IMG/VR virus record: IMGVR_UViG_3300036831_000148
Coordinates: 1-64,000 of that record
DNA length: 64,000 nt
Origin: a virus
Direction: 5' to 3' (one strand)
A model generated the notes under the pieces. It was not told the DNA's origin and did not search any database. It saw only the letters and a list, made by a program, of their open reading frames with translations. This document shows positions 10,043-20,815 of this stretch, one piece after another. Each line of letters opens with the position of its first letter. Positions within the stretch are counted from its first letter, which is position 1. A program made the translations under genes and the position numbers.

Positions 10043-10696
10043 CTAGACGACCGTGCCGGCGCCGCTGGGGAAGCCGAAGCTGATGGTCTCGGTGGCCGTC
10101 CAGGTCTGGCCGGAGGCCTTGGTGCCCATGCCGCCGCCGGGGACCCCGCGGTTGAAGAAGACGCCGGTGGTGGTGACGGTGGAGGACGCCCCGTTGTCGG
10201 TGCCGAACTCGTTCCACGCGAAGTTGGCCACGCCGGTGCCGAATGCGGCGACGAACGTCAGCGTCGCCGGGGAGGAGCCGGTGGCGATGGCGGGCGCCGA
10301 GGACACCAGCTGGTAGTAGCTGGTGGTGGAGGAGCCGCCGGTGTCGCCCACCAGCGCGGTCTGGGTGTAGCTGGGCGCGATGGCGGAGGTGCCCACCCCG
10401 ATGCGCCCGGCGGCGGCGCTGAACTTGGTGGTGATCGACGTGCCGGCGACGCCGCCGAGCAGCGCCACCCAGCCCGCCTGCAGGACGTTGTTGACGTTGT
10501 CCCGCTGCCAGGTCTCATACGGCTCGATCTTGTGCCGGGCGAACGTCTCCGGGTGAATAGTGACGTTCTCGCGGCGGGTGAGCGCCGCCGTGTCGCGGCC
10601 CTCATGACGCAGCACGTAGCGGACCGCGTCCTCGTCCCACTTGCGGATGAGCAGCGAGGTGGAGACGGCTGCGAACTCGACGTGAGCATCGCTCAC
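10043..10696 (-). CDS. Minor tail protein
   Basis: RIGVGT...ANFAWNEFG...FFNR motif typical of tail fibre/collar proteins; GAGGAGG RBS. Confidence 0.65.
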   Translation of the reverse strand: MSDAHVEFAAVSTSLLIRKWDEDAVRYVLRHEGRDTAALTRRENVTIHPETFARHKIEPYETWQRDNVNNVLQAGWVALLGGVAGTSITTKFSAAAGRIGVGTSAIAPSYTQTALVGDTGGSSTTSYYQLVSSAPAIATGSSPATLTFVAAFGTGVANFAWNEFGTDNGASSTVTTTGVFFNRGVPGGGMGTKASGQTWTATETISFGFPSGAGTVV

Positions 10697-10850
10697 TGGT
10701 CCTCCTCAAGGGACTCTGCGTGCCCCGGCCGCAACTGCGACCACGGCCCTGGGGCCGACGGGTAGGGGGCGAAGCCGCGTCCCTGCAACTGCAGCTCAGT
10801 GCCCTCGTGCACCTGGCACTCGTCGTAATCGGTCACCGTCACGGGATCGC

Positions 10851-11081
10851 TCACCAGTCGTCCAGCCCGAGCACGATCAGCAGGTCGGTCAGGTCCGAGA
10901 GGGTCAGGAACGTGCGCGGGCCGGGCTTCTCGCGCACCCGGCGGCGCAGCCGGGAGAGCGCGAGCTGCTGGCGCTGCACCGCTGCCGACTCGGCGACGAA
11001 AGCGCTCTCCGGCAGCGGCCCTTCGTAGGCAAAGTCGGCGTACCGCTGGTTCGCCAGGTCAATGACGCGCTCGGTGGCCAT
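10851..11081 (-). CDS. Hypothetical protein (MATERVIDL...)
   Basis: ATG overlaps the stop of the upstream gene. Confidence 0.5.
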   Translation of the reverse strand: MATERVIDLANQRYADFAYEGPLPESAFVAESAAVQRQQLALSRLRRRVREKPGPRTFLTLSDLTDLLIVLGLDDW

Positions 11082-11989
11082 CAGCCCACCCCGTACAGGC
11101 AGAACTGGGAGCCGATCAGGAAGTTGGACCCGCCCGGCGCGGTCAGCGAGACAGCGGTCACCGCGGCCTGCGACGCGGGGTTCCAGAAGCCGAAGCGCAC
11201 CCGGCCGTCCACCATGGACGACGTGCCGTTGCCGGCCCCGGACACCGAGTAGGCCGCCTTGTTGAAGGCGGACTGCGCGTAGTTGGGGACCAGCGCGAAG
11301 CCGCCGCCGGCGTTGGCCGGGGCACCGCCCTGACTGGCCGCCACCCGGAACGCCGGGATGCCCGCCACCGCGTAGGCAGTGGTGGCCGCCGGGCCGACCA
11401 GCGAGCCGGAGATGTTGGTGGCCGACATGGTCAGGCTGGAGTAGTGCGCGCCGGTGTCGCCGTTGAAGGTCAGCGTGATGTCGTCGGTGAGCGCCGTCGT
11501 CTCGGTCAGCCGGGCCTGCACCATCACGAGCAGGTGCTGGTAGGTGGCCGGGATGCCCGACCAGGTGACCACGTTGGTAGTGGAGTTGGCCAGCGTCGTC
11601 TCGTTGATGGCGGAGCACGCGTTGCCGTTCCACGCTGAGGCGGGCAGGCCGTGCACCCCTGACCCGGACCCCATCAGGTAGTGCTGGGCCGCCTCGGTGA
11701 AGTCCCCGGCGCTGAACGTGTGCTCAATCGGGATGCCCGCGCTGTGCGCGTGGGCCAGGGTCCCGTCAGCTGCCCGGGTGACCGTCCACGGGGTAGCCGA
11801 GGTGCCCGCGCCCGCAGTCACCAGCACGAGCTCGAAGCTGGGAGTCAGCGGCTCCAGGGCCAGGATGAACGGGAAGCTGGTCGGGTAGCCCTGCGGCGCG
11901 CCGGACCCGGCGACGATCGAGGTGGCCGAGTTGGAGATGGTGCTGGCCAGGGTGTCCGCTGCCGCCGTGTTGCTAAGTAGTAACGCCAT
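11081..11989 (-). CDS. Minor tail protein
   Basis: 302 aa; T/S/A-rich; FELVLVT...WTVTR..DGT motif of actinophage tail proteins. Confidence 0.7.
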   Translation of the reverse strand: MALLLSNTAAADTLASTISNSATSIVAGSGAPQGYPTSFPFILALEPLTPSFELVLVTAGAGTSATPWTVTRAADGTLAHAHSAGIPIEHTFSAGDFTEAAQHYLMGSGSGVHGLPASAWNGNACSAINETTLANSTTNVVTWSGIPATYQHLLVMVQARLTETTALTDDITLTFNGDTGAHYSSLTMSATNISGSLVGPAATTAYAVAGIPAFRVAASQGGAPANAGGGFALVPNYAQSAFNKAAYSVSGAGNGTSSMVDGRVRFGFWNPASQAAVTAVSLTAPGGSNFLIGSQFCLYGVG

Positions 11990-12057
11990 TGGGTCATGAC
12001 GGTGGCTTCCCCCCTCGGTCCTCTCGGGGACTCTTCGGGGGAGCTAATCGGTAGCTG

Positions 12058-12702
12058 TCAGGCGGCTACCGCGAACGGCCGACGCAGCAGGTAAATCGTG
12101 ATCTTCTCGAAGGGAACTCCGCACTCCTCGATCCGTCCGAGCATGAGGTTGCACGACCGGCACAGCCGACCGCGTACACATTGTCCGCAGCTCCTACTGC
12201 TAGCCGGACAGCACGCGTGGTCGTGGTCTATGTCCAAGTCACAGCCGTTTACCTGCTGGGTCTTACCGCACAGCGCACAAATCTCACCGTCAAGCGCTAT
12301 GAGCAGGGCTAGTTTTTCCTCGTCAAGTCCGTAGCGCTTCAGCTTGTGCTTGAGGCTGTTCCGCCGGGCGGCTGCCGGGTCATGGCACTCAGTGCACCGG
12401 CTCACATGGTGCTTACCCCGGCCGTACTTCAGCGAAGTCTTCCAGAACTGATCCCAGAGCTTGTACTTCCCGCAGCTCATGCACTCGCGACCCTTGTCAT
12501 CAATCCGTGTCGCCGTCGGCTGGAACCCGGGTGGGCGCCGGGGAATGCCGAACCGCCGGAGTCGGTAACAAACCGATGTTTCAGTGCACCCCAGTTCCCG
12601 GGCGATATTCGCTGATGATCGTCCATTGGTGACGTACTGCTCGTACAGCCACTCTTTGTCAGCCAGCTTGCCGCCGAGCTTGCGGCCTCGCGTTTCTGTC
12701 AT
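12058..12702 (-). CDS. Endonuclease VII-family (HNH-like) homing endonuclease with N-terminal HTH
   Basis: CALCG...LDIDHDH...CVRGRLCRSCNLMLG motif; lower GC than its neighbours. Confidence 0.85.
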   Translation of the reverse strand: MTETRGRKLGGKLADKEWLYEQYVTNGRSSANIARELGCTETSVCYRLRRFGIPRRPPGFQPTATRIDDKGRECMSCGKYKLWDQFWKTSLKYGRGKHHVSRCTECHDPAAARRNSLKHKLKRYGLDEEKLALLIALDGEICALCGKTQQVNGCDLDIDHDHACCPASSRSCGQCVRGRLCRSCNLMLGRIEECGVPFEKITIYLLRRPFAVAA

Positions 12703-12734
12703 GCCTGTTACTACGCGCGAGCAATGCCGCTACA

Positions 12735-13598
12735 TCAGACGTAGGCGTCGCACCAGGTGAACACCGCGCTACCTGCTGAAACGGTAATGCTGTTCGCCCC
12801 GGGCAGCAGGCACATCCACATCCGGCTGCCGGCGTGGCTCATGCCGCCGATCACGTTGTTGCCGACGTTGTCGGTCGCGGTGGAGCGCAGCACGTCCACG
12901 GTGACCGGCCAGGACGCCACGCCCGCGCCGCTGTGCGTGAACGAGACCCCGGCCGTGTTGTTGGTGACCGTGCACGGCCCGGAGATGGCGACGGTGAAGG
13001 CGTTGACCGCCGAGGCGAACCCCTCGCCCACGATCCCCTCGCCCAGCGCGCTGATGCTGCCGGTGCCGGAGACCGTCTGCGCGCGGATCGGCGCGTAGAA
13101 GTACGGGTCGCTGAGCAGCAGGTCAACGGAGAACGCGGCGCTCAGCCGGCCGTTCATCGTCGGGTCCATCGAGCCGGCGATCTCGGCCATGGCGGTGCTC
13201 TGCACCAGCGACGGCGTGCCGGTGCCGGTCAGGTACCAGTTGCGCTGCAACTGCCCCTGCACGCTGCCCTGCGGGCCGCGGGTGAAGAACAACTGGCGCA
13301 GCGCCTGCCAGTTGTCGTTGAACGCCCGGCGCGGGTCGCCTGCCGGGTAGGACTGGTTAGTCGACAACTGGCTGTCGGTCCACATGCTCAGGGTGACGGT
13401 GCGCTCGTCCGGGTACTTGGCCCGCCAGAGCTGCCCGGCCCGGTAGGGCACCTGGTAGTCCTGGCCGCGGTAGGTGGGCAGGCCGAAGCGGGACCCGCCG
13501 AAGGTGGCGATGTTGTAGTAGCCGGTCTGCAGCGGGGTGCCGTTCCAGTACCACAGCTCAGCCGGGCCGTAGAGGTAGGCGGGCGGCTGGATGGGCAT
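12735..13598 (-). CDS. Distal tail protein (Dit)
   Basis: Directly after the tape measure; RG.D..VPYRAG, DPYFY and L.PG.N.I motifs. Confidence 0.75.
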   Translation of the reverse strand: MPIQPPAYLYGPAELWYWNGTPLQTGYYNIATFGGSRFGLPTYRGQDYQVPYRAGQLWRAKYPDERTVTLSMWTDSQLSTNQSYPAGDPRRAFNDNWQALRQLFFTRGPQGSVQGQLQRNWYLTGTGTPSLVQSTAMAEIAGSMDPTMNGRLSAAFSVDLLLSDPYFYAPIRAQTVSGTGSISALGEGIVGEGFASAVNAFTVAISGPCTVTNNTAGVSFTHSGAGVASWPVTVDVLRSTATDNVGNNVIGGMSHAGSRMWMCLLPGANSITVSAGSAVFTWCDAYV

Positions 13599-16500
13599 CA
13601 GATCACTCCCCTGCCGGCCAGGAACGCGAGGCGGTTGGACGACCGGGTAATCGAGTCGGACGGCTTCTCGGCCACCGGGTTGTTGATCGTCAGGCTGTCC
13701 ACCTGCAGGCCCACCCGGTTGCCGGCCGCGGTGGACAGGGTGCGCGGCAACTGCCCCGCCGTGGCGGCCGAGAGCTGGCGGGACAGGTTGGGCGACAGGC
13801 CGGGCACGAACAGGTTGGCCACCAGGCCGCCCGCCGCCATCCCGCCGCCGAACATCCCGGCCACGTCGGACAGGCCGGGCATGACCGCCCCGCCCCCGGC
13901 GACCGCGCCGTAGGCCCCCATCCCCCGCTTCTGGCTGGCCTGGTTGCCGCGCGAGCCGGCCCCCAGCCAGACATCGGCCATGTTCAGCCAGTCCAGGAAC
14001 TGCGGGCCGTAGGCAGCCTGCAGCGCCATCCGCGCGGACTTGCGGATCATGAACTCGCCGCCCATGGCGACGATGCGCGTGCCGTCCTCGTCGCCGGTGC
14101 CCGGGACCGACCCGGAGCCCATCCGCATCGCGGTGCCCGCGGCCATCCGCACCCAGCCGCCGGCCGCCATGCCCACCGGCCCGCCTGCGGCCAGACCGGG
14201 GATGAAACTGAGGGCCGACTTGACGGCGGACAGCGCGCTGTTGATGGGCCCGGCCAGGGAGCTGAGGGCGTTGGCGATCCCGCCGGTGATGGCGTTGGGC
14301 AGCGTGACGGTGAAGAAGTTGACGATCGGGTCAATCAGGTCGCGGACGAACCCGTTCCAGGTGTCGGTCCACGCCTTGGCGCCGAACGAGGTGAAGTCGC
14401 TCCACCACTTGGGCACGGTGCCGGTGAAGAACGTGGTCAGCGGGCCGAGCACGCTCTTGCTGAACCCGGACCACACCGAGTCCCAGGCCTTGCCGCCGCC
14501 GGAGACCAGGTCGTCCCACCAGCCGGGGATGTCGCCGGTGAAGAAGTGCTCCAGCGGCGCGAGGATGGTGGAGTTGAACGACTTGACGTTGGCTGCCCAG
14601 GTGTTGTCCCACCAGCTGCGGACCGAGTCAAACCAGCCGGGCACCGTGCTGGTGAAGAAGTGGGTGAGCGGCGCCCCGACGCTGGCGTAGAACGAGGCCC
14701 AGGCCGGCGCGAACCAGATGTGCCACAACTGGACGGCCAGCGCGGCGATGGCGTGGAACGTGGTGGCGAAGAACTGGCCCAGGGTGTTCCACACCTGGAG
14801 TCCCCACGCCTGCACGTCCAGCCACATCTGGTGCCAGTGGCCTGCCAGCCCGTCGATGATCACGTTGATGATCAGGACCAGGGTGTCCCAGGCGAGCTTG
14901 CCGATCGCGACCACCGTCGCCCAGGCGCCCTTGAAGGCGACAGCCAGCACGTCAGCGGCAGTTTTCGAAATGTTTTCGATAAACGTGAAGAGGACCTTGG
15001 CCGCTGCCTCGATCGTCTGCCAGATGCCGACGCCCGCCGTCTTCAGCCACTGCCAGGCCTGGGCCCCGGCCTCCCGGGTGCCCTTCCAGACGAGGGAGCC
15101 GAAGGAGGTCGCGACGCTGACCAGCCCGTTCCACATCTGGGTGAAGCCGGCCCTGGTCAGCGCCCATGCCTGGCTCGCCTGGGCAGCGAAAAAGTGCCAG
15201 ATCTGCTTCATCGGGCCACTGGTGAAGATCCCGACCAGGCTTTCCCAGAACACCTTGCTGACATCAAGGACAAACCTGTAGGTGTCCTGGGCGGTCGCCT
15301 TCAGGAAGCCCCACAGGTTGTTCCACAGCTTCTCCAGGGCCGCGCCGTGGGTCGCCCACCAGGGATCGAAATTGCGCGCTACCCAGGCGGTCACGTCGCT
15401 CAGCGCGTGCGACACCGGGGTCACCGCGTCCCGCCAGGTGTAGGCCCAGGCAGTCTGGAAAGCGTGCGGCACCGACTGGGTGAACCAGCTGGTCATCCCG
15501 CCCCAGGCGCCCTTCATCGCCCCGGAGACGGTGGCCCAGGCCACGCCCAGCCCGTGCGGCACCGACTGGGTGAACCAGTTGACCGCCCCGTCCCAGGCTG
15601 CCTCGAAGGCGTGCGCGGTCGCCTGCGCCGCCACCGGGAGGTCGTGCACGAAGAACTGGCCGATGTCGTGGTTCATGATGTTGAGGCCGCGCTGCACCTG
15701 GGGGATCCACGCCAGGAAGGTGGCCTCGTAGAACGTGCCGTCCTTGAAGGACTTGAGCATCGTGTCGGTCTCGCCCGGCTTGACCAGGTCGGCCTGCTGG
15801 GTGGCGTTGGCGGCCATGCTGCTGCGGACCTGGCCGAGGTTGGCCGTGATGTTCTTGCCGGCGACCGACCACAGGGTGTCCGACTGCTTGGCGCTCAGCC
15901 CCATCGCCTCGGTGAACCCGATGAACTGGGACTTCGCCGAGCTGCTGGACCCGGTGATGGCCTTCAGCTGGGTGATGATGTTGGACGCCGCGAAGACGGT
16001 GTCCTTGGAGGTCGGGCCCAGCTTCTTCAGGGTGTCGGCGAAGGTGTTGAACAACTGCTGGCCGCCGTCGGCGTTGAAGATCGCCTGGGCCATGGCCGGG
16101 TTGAGCAGGCCCTGCAGCGTGTTGGTCAGCCGGGCGGCGTCCTGGGACAGGTTGGACGCGCCGATCGCCGCGTTCTGGCTGGCCGTGTACATGGCCTGCA
16201 GCGGGTTCTTGATGTTGCCGACCCACTGCTGCAGCGTCTTGATGCTGTCGGTGGCCGGCCCGCCCGCCTCCTGGGCAAGGGCGGAGATCTGGGCCGCGGC
16301 TTCCTTGCTGCCGCCCGCCATCGGGATCAGGCTGGCCACTGCGTCCTTGACGAACGCCGTGAAGTCGCCCTGCCCGGTGAGCGCCTGGTCGTTGCGGAAC
16401 GCGTCAAAGAACTGCTCGACGTTGTTGTAGTTGGTCTGGAAGTCGTTCTGCAGGGTGAGGCTGGCCCCGGACAGCCCGGTCATGGTGGCCCCGGCCGCCT

Positions 16501-19500
16501 TGGCGTCCGTGTCGAACTGGGTAAAGCCCTGGGCCATGGTGATGAACGCCGACGGGGCGGCGCCCACGGTCTTGGTGAACGCGTCGTAGGCCGAGTTGAG
16601 CTGGGCCATGGACGAGACCTGCTTGGAGTTCTGCAGGTTGAGCACGTTCAGGTCGGAGCCGACCGTCCCGAGCTGCTGGCCCATCGCCGCGTAGCCGTCA
16701 ACCAGCCCCCTGACCATCTGCATGGCGACGGCCCAGGTCTTGTTCTGGTCGCTGAACAACTGGGTCGTGCTGACCCCCGCAGCCTGCAGCAGGTTCAGCG
16801 AGCCGACGAAGTCCGTCCCGTAGGCCTTGGACACGTCGCCGACGTGAGTCAGTTCCTCCTGCAGCTTGCCGGACAGGTCGGACTGGCTGGCGGCCAGCTC
16901 GGAGGCGTTGCCCACCCCGGTCTTCTGCGCGGTGCCGAGGGCGGTGGTGACCTCGGCCAGGTTGTTCATGGTGGTCCCCACCACCGTGAGCAGCGAGGCC
17001 TTCTGTACCGCCTGCCCGATCGCGTCGGTGAACTGCTTGGTCTGGTCGGCCCGGGTGCCCAGGTAGGCGTACACCCCGGCCAGCGCCACGGCCAGCAGCC
17101 CCAGGTCCACGTAGGCGTTGCTCAGGAACGGCACCAGCTTGCCGAGGGTGGCCATGAAGCCGCCCCCGCTGCTGCCGACCGCGACGGCGGCCTCCTCGCC
17201 GTCGGCTGCCACCCCGCTCAGCTTGGCGCTCAGCCCGGCCAGCTGGCCGTCGGTGGCGCCGGCGGCGATGCCCAGCGCCACCGTCTCCCGGCCCGCGTTG
17301 TCCAGCCCGCCGGCGAACTGCTCCAGCCGCGCGGCGGAGGTCGGCCCGGCCGAGGTGACGAACTCCTCCAGCGTCTTGCCGGTGTTCTGGATGGCGACCG
17401 AGAGCTGGCCCAGCTCCGCCTCGCTGGTCTTAGCTCCCAGGACGTCGGACACGGCGCCGACCGCGGCACTGCTCTTGGCGATGTTGGCCAGTTGCTCGTC
17501 GGTGGCGTTCAGGCTGCGGGCGACGATCTGGGCCACGTCATTGAGCGCGGAGAACTTGCCCGCCAGGGTGGCAACGGCGATGACCACCTTGCCGACCACG
17601 TCAAAGGCGAGGCCGCCCCACAGCACGAAGGCGTGCAGCCCCAGCACCACGGCCAGCACCGGCGCCGGGACCAGGGACACGAGGTCGGCGACGACCTTCA
17701 GGATCAGGTCGCCGACAGTGGCCAGGTCCTCGGCCACGTGGCTGATGGCGGTCGCCTGGAGGAACTTGGCGAAGATGACGCCCAGGGAGTCAAACCCCTG
17801 GCCGATGAGCGTCAGGTCCTTGATCCCGGAGTCAAAGAAGTTCTTCAGCCCGTTGCCGCCGGACTCCATGTCCACGACGATCTTGGCCGCGAACCTGTCC
17901 AGGTAGTTACCCGTCTGCAGGATGAGCTGGGTAAACGCCCCGGTCTTGCCGCCTGCCACGTCCAGGTAGTCGCCGAGCAACTGGTAAACCTGGGGGCGGA
18001 CCGCGTCCTGCAGCTTCTGGAAGTTGTCGGCCAGCGGCGGGATGGTGGTGTTGAGCGCCTTGCTGACCGTGTTGAGGCTCTCCCACTGCTGGTAGACCTC
18101 CTTGCCCGACTGGTAAGCGGCGGCGGCCCACCCGGCCAGCCCGGCCCCGGCGGTCACCAGGGCGGGCACCCACAGGGCCAGGATCTCGACGATGCCGTCA
18201 AGCAGGATGTGCCACAGTTGGACCTGGCCGATCAGGTGCGTGTCGCCCATCACGCCCGACCAGAGGGTGACCTGCTTGGTCAGCAGGCCCCACCACCCGT
18301 ACGCCCGGGACGCGGACGCGGTGGTCAGCTCCAGGTTGGCCGCGGCCTTGGCGGCCGGGTCGTCGATCCCCTCGAACCCGGAGGAGAGCAGCTTCTGCGC
18401 GGTGTAGGCGGCCCTGGAGGAGTCGCCCACCTTGTCCGCGGAGGCAGCCAGCTCCGCTAGCTGGGCCACGTCGTCGGCTGCGGCGGTGCCCTGCGCCTTC
18501 AGCGCGGCGGCCTGCAGGGTTGCGGCGGCCCACGCGTACTTGGCGGCGTCGGCTGCCTTGCCGGCCGCAGCCGCGGCCTGGGCCATCTGCTGCAACTGGC
18601 TAACCGCGTCGGCGGCCCGCAGGCCCGCGTCGCGCTCGGCGCCGGCCAGTTCCTCCCAGGCCTCGGCGTCGTCCGGGTGCGGCAGCGCGTTGCCGATGCC
18701 GCGGGCGTCGTCCTCGAAGGCGCGCAGCTTGCCGTCCGTGTCGTGGATGGCGTCGCCGAGCGCCTTCCAGAACTCCGCGTCCTCCTCGTCACCGCCGTCA
18801 CCCGGGGGCGCGGAGGGGGGAACCGGCGGGCCTCCGCCGCCACCGCCGCCCGACGCGCCGCCCATGCCCGCGGTAACGGCGCGCTCCGCCGCCTGGGCGG
18901 CCTCCAGGTCGCGCATCCAGGAGGCCAGCTCCTCCTGGGCGGCGGTGTCGTCAAGGCCGACGTAGAAGTCGTAGCGCCGCGCGATGGCCTCCATCAGGGC
19001 GCTCAGGTACCGGGACAGCCCGGTCTCGGCGTCGTCGTCCTCGAAGTCGGCGCGGGTGCCCACCTCCCGCTCGATGTCCTGGATGTCCCGGGTGTAGTCG
19101 CGGATCTCGCTGGCGGCCCCGCTGGACTCCACCACGATGACGGTGTCCACCTCGTCGGGGACGCCGTAGAGCTCCTCGGTCATGGCGCGGATCTCGTCGT
19201 CGGCGCGCGAGATTCCCTGGACGTCCACCTCCGGGTCGGCCCGCTCGTAGCTCAGCCCGATGAGCACGCCGTCCAGGTGGTAGGCGTCCTCGGTAGCCGC
19301 CTCGATCTCGGAGGGGTCCACCTCCGGGCGGACGTGCAGGTCGCCGAACTCGTGCATCATCTCGGCGAACAGCTCGCCGTCGTCAAGCGCCTCCTGCGCG
19401 CCGTCCAGTTCCAGGTGCGGGTGCGCGGTCAGGCCGTCCAGGTACTCCTCGTCGCTGATCACCCGGCCGAGAAGCGCCTCTGCCTGGTCACCGTCCTGCA

Positions 19501-20815
19501 CGTGCAGGCGGACAGTGACGTCCTGCAGCTCCCCCATCCCCGGGGCGGCCCGCGGGTACCCGGTCGCGGCGCTGGAGATGTCCCTGTTCTGCACCGCCCT
19601 GCTGATGCTGAACAACTGGAACCAGTCGTCGGAGCGGGGCTTGACCTCCCGCATCATCTGCCAGGCGGCGTCCAGCCGGCCGACGCCCTGCTCCAGCGCG
19701 CGGGCGTCCACCGCGGCGAGCATCGCCGAGTTGCCGAACTCCCGGAGGGAGTCGATCGAGATGGCCGAGCGCGCGTGCAGCAGGGACATCGCCTCGCCGA
19801 GCGCGTCGGTCTCCTCCGCCGCCTCCGCGATGTCGCCGGGCAGCCGGACCTGGCCGGCGGCCCCGGCGTCAGCCCCGGGGAAGCGCAGCGGCTCGGACGG
19901 CCCGGCCACCGTGGACGTCACCGTCACCGGGACGCGCTCGTGCAGGCCCCGCAGGCTGTCCAGGTTACTGAACCTGGGCACGGCCTCGATCGCCAGCGGC
20001 TGGCGCTGCGTCAGCGGCACCCCGCCCAGCCTCGTGGCCGCGGCCACGATGTCGGTGGACTCCGCGTGCGGCAGGCTGAGCAGTGCCGCCCGGTAGGCGG
20101 CCAGTTCCGCCATCGCCGCGGCGTCGGCGAACACCACGTGCGTGGTCGCCGTGCTGGGGATGCCGCTGACCGCCGCCGCGAACGCGGTCGCCGTGGTCAG
20201 TTGCTCGCCCAGTTGCCCGGCGCTCTGGTGCGTGCCCTGCAGCGCGTTCGAGTGCGCGAGCAGCGCGCCTGTCTCGCCGAGGACGGCGGCGGTGCGGGTG
20301 CGGATGACCGCGCTGAGCGCCGCGGTGTCGGAGATCTCGCGCTGCAGGAAGCCCAGGTACTGGTCGGCGGTCTGGTAGCCGGCGAAGTGCGCCCGGTTCT
20401 CCAGGAGCTGCAGGTTGTACATCTGCTGGCGGTAGCTCATGGCCTGCTGGACGGAGGAGAACCCGAGCCACTTCTGCCGGTTGAGCAGGGTGGTGTAGTT
20501 CAGTTCCTGGGCCAGGTCGCTCAGGTGCGCGGTCTCGTCGTTGCGCCCGCCGTACAGGAGCTGGGTGTTGGTCTGCTTCGCGGCGTTGGCCAGTTGCTGC
20601 AGCCCCTGGACCTGCTGCTGGATCGCCTGGGTGTCCTTGGCCCGCGCGGCGGCCGCCTGGGTGGAGCCGGCCACCTCGGCGGCGGTCTCCGACTTGACCG
20701 CGTCGGACATGCCCTGCAGCGCGGCCTTCGCCTCGGCCGCGTCCCGCATCAGGCCGCCGAAGTCACCGATCGCCTTGTAAATGACGTACCAGTACTCCGG
20801 GCCCTCGTAAGCCAC
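13598..20815 (-). CDS. Tape measure protein
   Basis: 2405 aa; Ala-rich helical; hydrophobic segments; Trp/Phe periodic repeats; C-terminal AAGG.V...G...D motif; follows the tail chaperone. Confidence 0.92.
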   Translation of the reverse strand: MAYEGPEYWYVIYKAIGDFGGLMRDAAEAKAALQGMSDAVKSETAAEVAGSTQAAAARAKDTQAIQQQVQGLQQLANAAKQTNTQLLYGGRNDETAHLSDLAQELNYTTLLNRQKWLGFSSVQQAMSYRQQMYNLQLLENRAHFAGYQTADQYLGFLQREISDTAALSAVIRTRTAAVLGETGALLAHSNALQGTHQSAGQLGEQLTTATAFAAAVSGIPSTATTHVVFADAAAMAELAAYRAALLSLPHAESTDIVAAATRLGGVPLTQRQPLAIEAVPRFSNLDSLRGLHERVPVTVTSTVAGPSEPLRFPGADAGAAGQVRLPGDIAEAAEETDALGEAMSLLHARSAISIDSLREFGNSAMLAAVDARALEQGVGRLDAAWQMMREVKPRSDDWFQLFSISRAVQNRDISSAATGYPRAAPGMGELQDVTVRLHVQDGDQAEALLGRVISDEEYLDGLTAHPHLELDGAQEALDDGELFAEMMHEFGDLHVRPEVDPSEIEAATEDAYHLDGVLIGLSYERADPEVDVQGISRADDEIRAMTEELYGVPDEVDTVIVVESSGAASEIRDYTRDIQDIEREVGTRADFEDDDAETGLSRYLSALMEAIARRYDFYVGLDDTAAQEELASWMRDLEAAQAAERAVTAGMGGASGGGGGGGPPVPPSAPPGDGGDEEDAEFWKALGDAIHDTDGKLRAFEDDARGIGNALPHPDDAEAWEELAGAERDAGLRAADAVSQLQQMAQAAAAAGKAADAAKYAWAAATLQAAALKAQGTAAADDVAQLAELAASADKVGDSSRAAYTAQKLLSSGFEGIDDPAAKAAANLELTTASASRAYGWWGLLTKQVTLWSGVMGDTHLIGQVQLWHILLDGIVEILALWVPALVTAGAGLAGWAAAAYQSGKEVYQQWESLNTVSKALNTTIPPLADNFQKLQDAVRPQVYQLLGDYLDVAGGKTGAFTQLILQTGNYLDRFAAKIVVDMESGGNGLKNFFDSGIKDLTLIGQGFDSLGVIFAKFLQATAISHVAEDLATVGDLILKVVADLVSLVPAPVLAVVLGLHAFVLWGGLAFDVVGKVVIAVATLAGKFSALNDVAQIVARSLNATDEQLANIAKSSAAVGAVSDVLGAKTSEAELGQLSVAIQNTGKTLEEFVTSAGPTSAARLEQFAGGLDNAGRETVALGIAAGATDGQLAGLSAKLSGVAADGEEAAVAVGSSGGGFMATLGKLVPFLSNAYVDLGLLAVALAGVYAYLGTRADQTKQFTDAIGQAVQKASLLTVVGTTMNNLAEVTTALGTAQKTGVGNASELAASQSDLSGKLQEELTHVGDVSKAYGTDFVGSLNLLQAAGVSTTQLFSDQNKTWAVAMQMVRGLVDGYAAMGQQLGTVGSDLNVLNLQNSKQVSSMAQLNSAYDAFTKTVGAAPSAFITMAQGFTQFDTDAKAAGATMTGLSGASLTLQNDFQTNYNNVEQFFDAFRNDQALTGQGDFTAFVKDAVASLIPMAGGSKEAAAQISALAQEAGGPATDSIKTLQQWVGNIKNPLQAMYTASQNAAIGASNLSQDAARLTNTLQGLLNPAMAQAIFNADGGQQLFNTFADTLKKLGPTSKDTVFAASNIITQLKAITGSSSSAKSQFIGFTEAMGLSAKQSDTLWSVAGKNITANLGQVRSSMAANATQQADLVKPGETDTMLKSFKDGTFYEATFLAWIPQVQRGLNIMNHDIGQFFVHDLPVAAQATAHAFEAAWDGAVNWFTQSVPHGLGVAWATVSGAMKGAWGGMTSWFTQSVPHAFQTAWAYTWRDAVTPVSHALSDVTAWVARNFDPWWATHGAALEKLWNNLWGFLKATAQDTYRFVLDVSKVFWESLVGIFTSGPMKQIWHFFAAQASQAWALTRAGFTQMWNGLVSVATSFGSLVWKGTREAGAQAWQWLKTAGVGIWQTIEAAAKVLFTFIENISKTAADVLAVAFKGAWATVVAIGKLAWDTLVLIINVIIDGLAGHWHQMWLDVQAWGLQVWNTLGQFFATTFHAIAALAVQLWHIWFAPAWASFYASVGAPLTHFFTSTVPGWFDSVRSWWDNTWAANVKSFNSTILAPLEHFFTGDIPGWWDDLVSGGGKAWDSVWSGFSKSVLGPLTTFFTGTVPKWWSDFTSFGAKAWTDTWNGFVRDLIDPIVNFFTVTLPNAITGGIANALSSLAGPINSALSAVKSALSFIPGLAAGGPVGMAAGGWVRMAAGTAMRMGSGSVPGTGDEDGTRIVAMGGEFMIRKSARMALQAAYGPQFLDWLNMADVWLGAGSRGNQASQKRGMGAYGAVAGGGAVMPGLSDVAGMFGGGMAAGGLVANLFVPGLSPNLSRQLSAATAGQLPRTLSTAAGNRVGLQVDSLTINNPVAEKPSDSITRSSNRLAFLAGRGVI

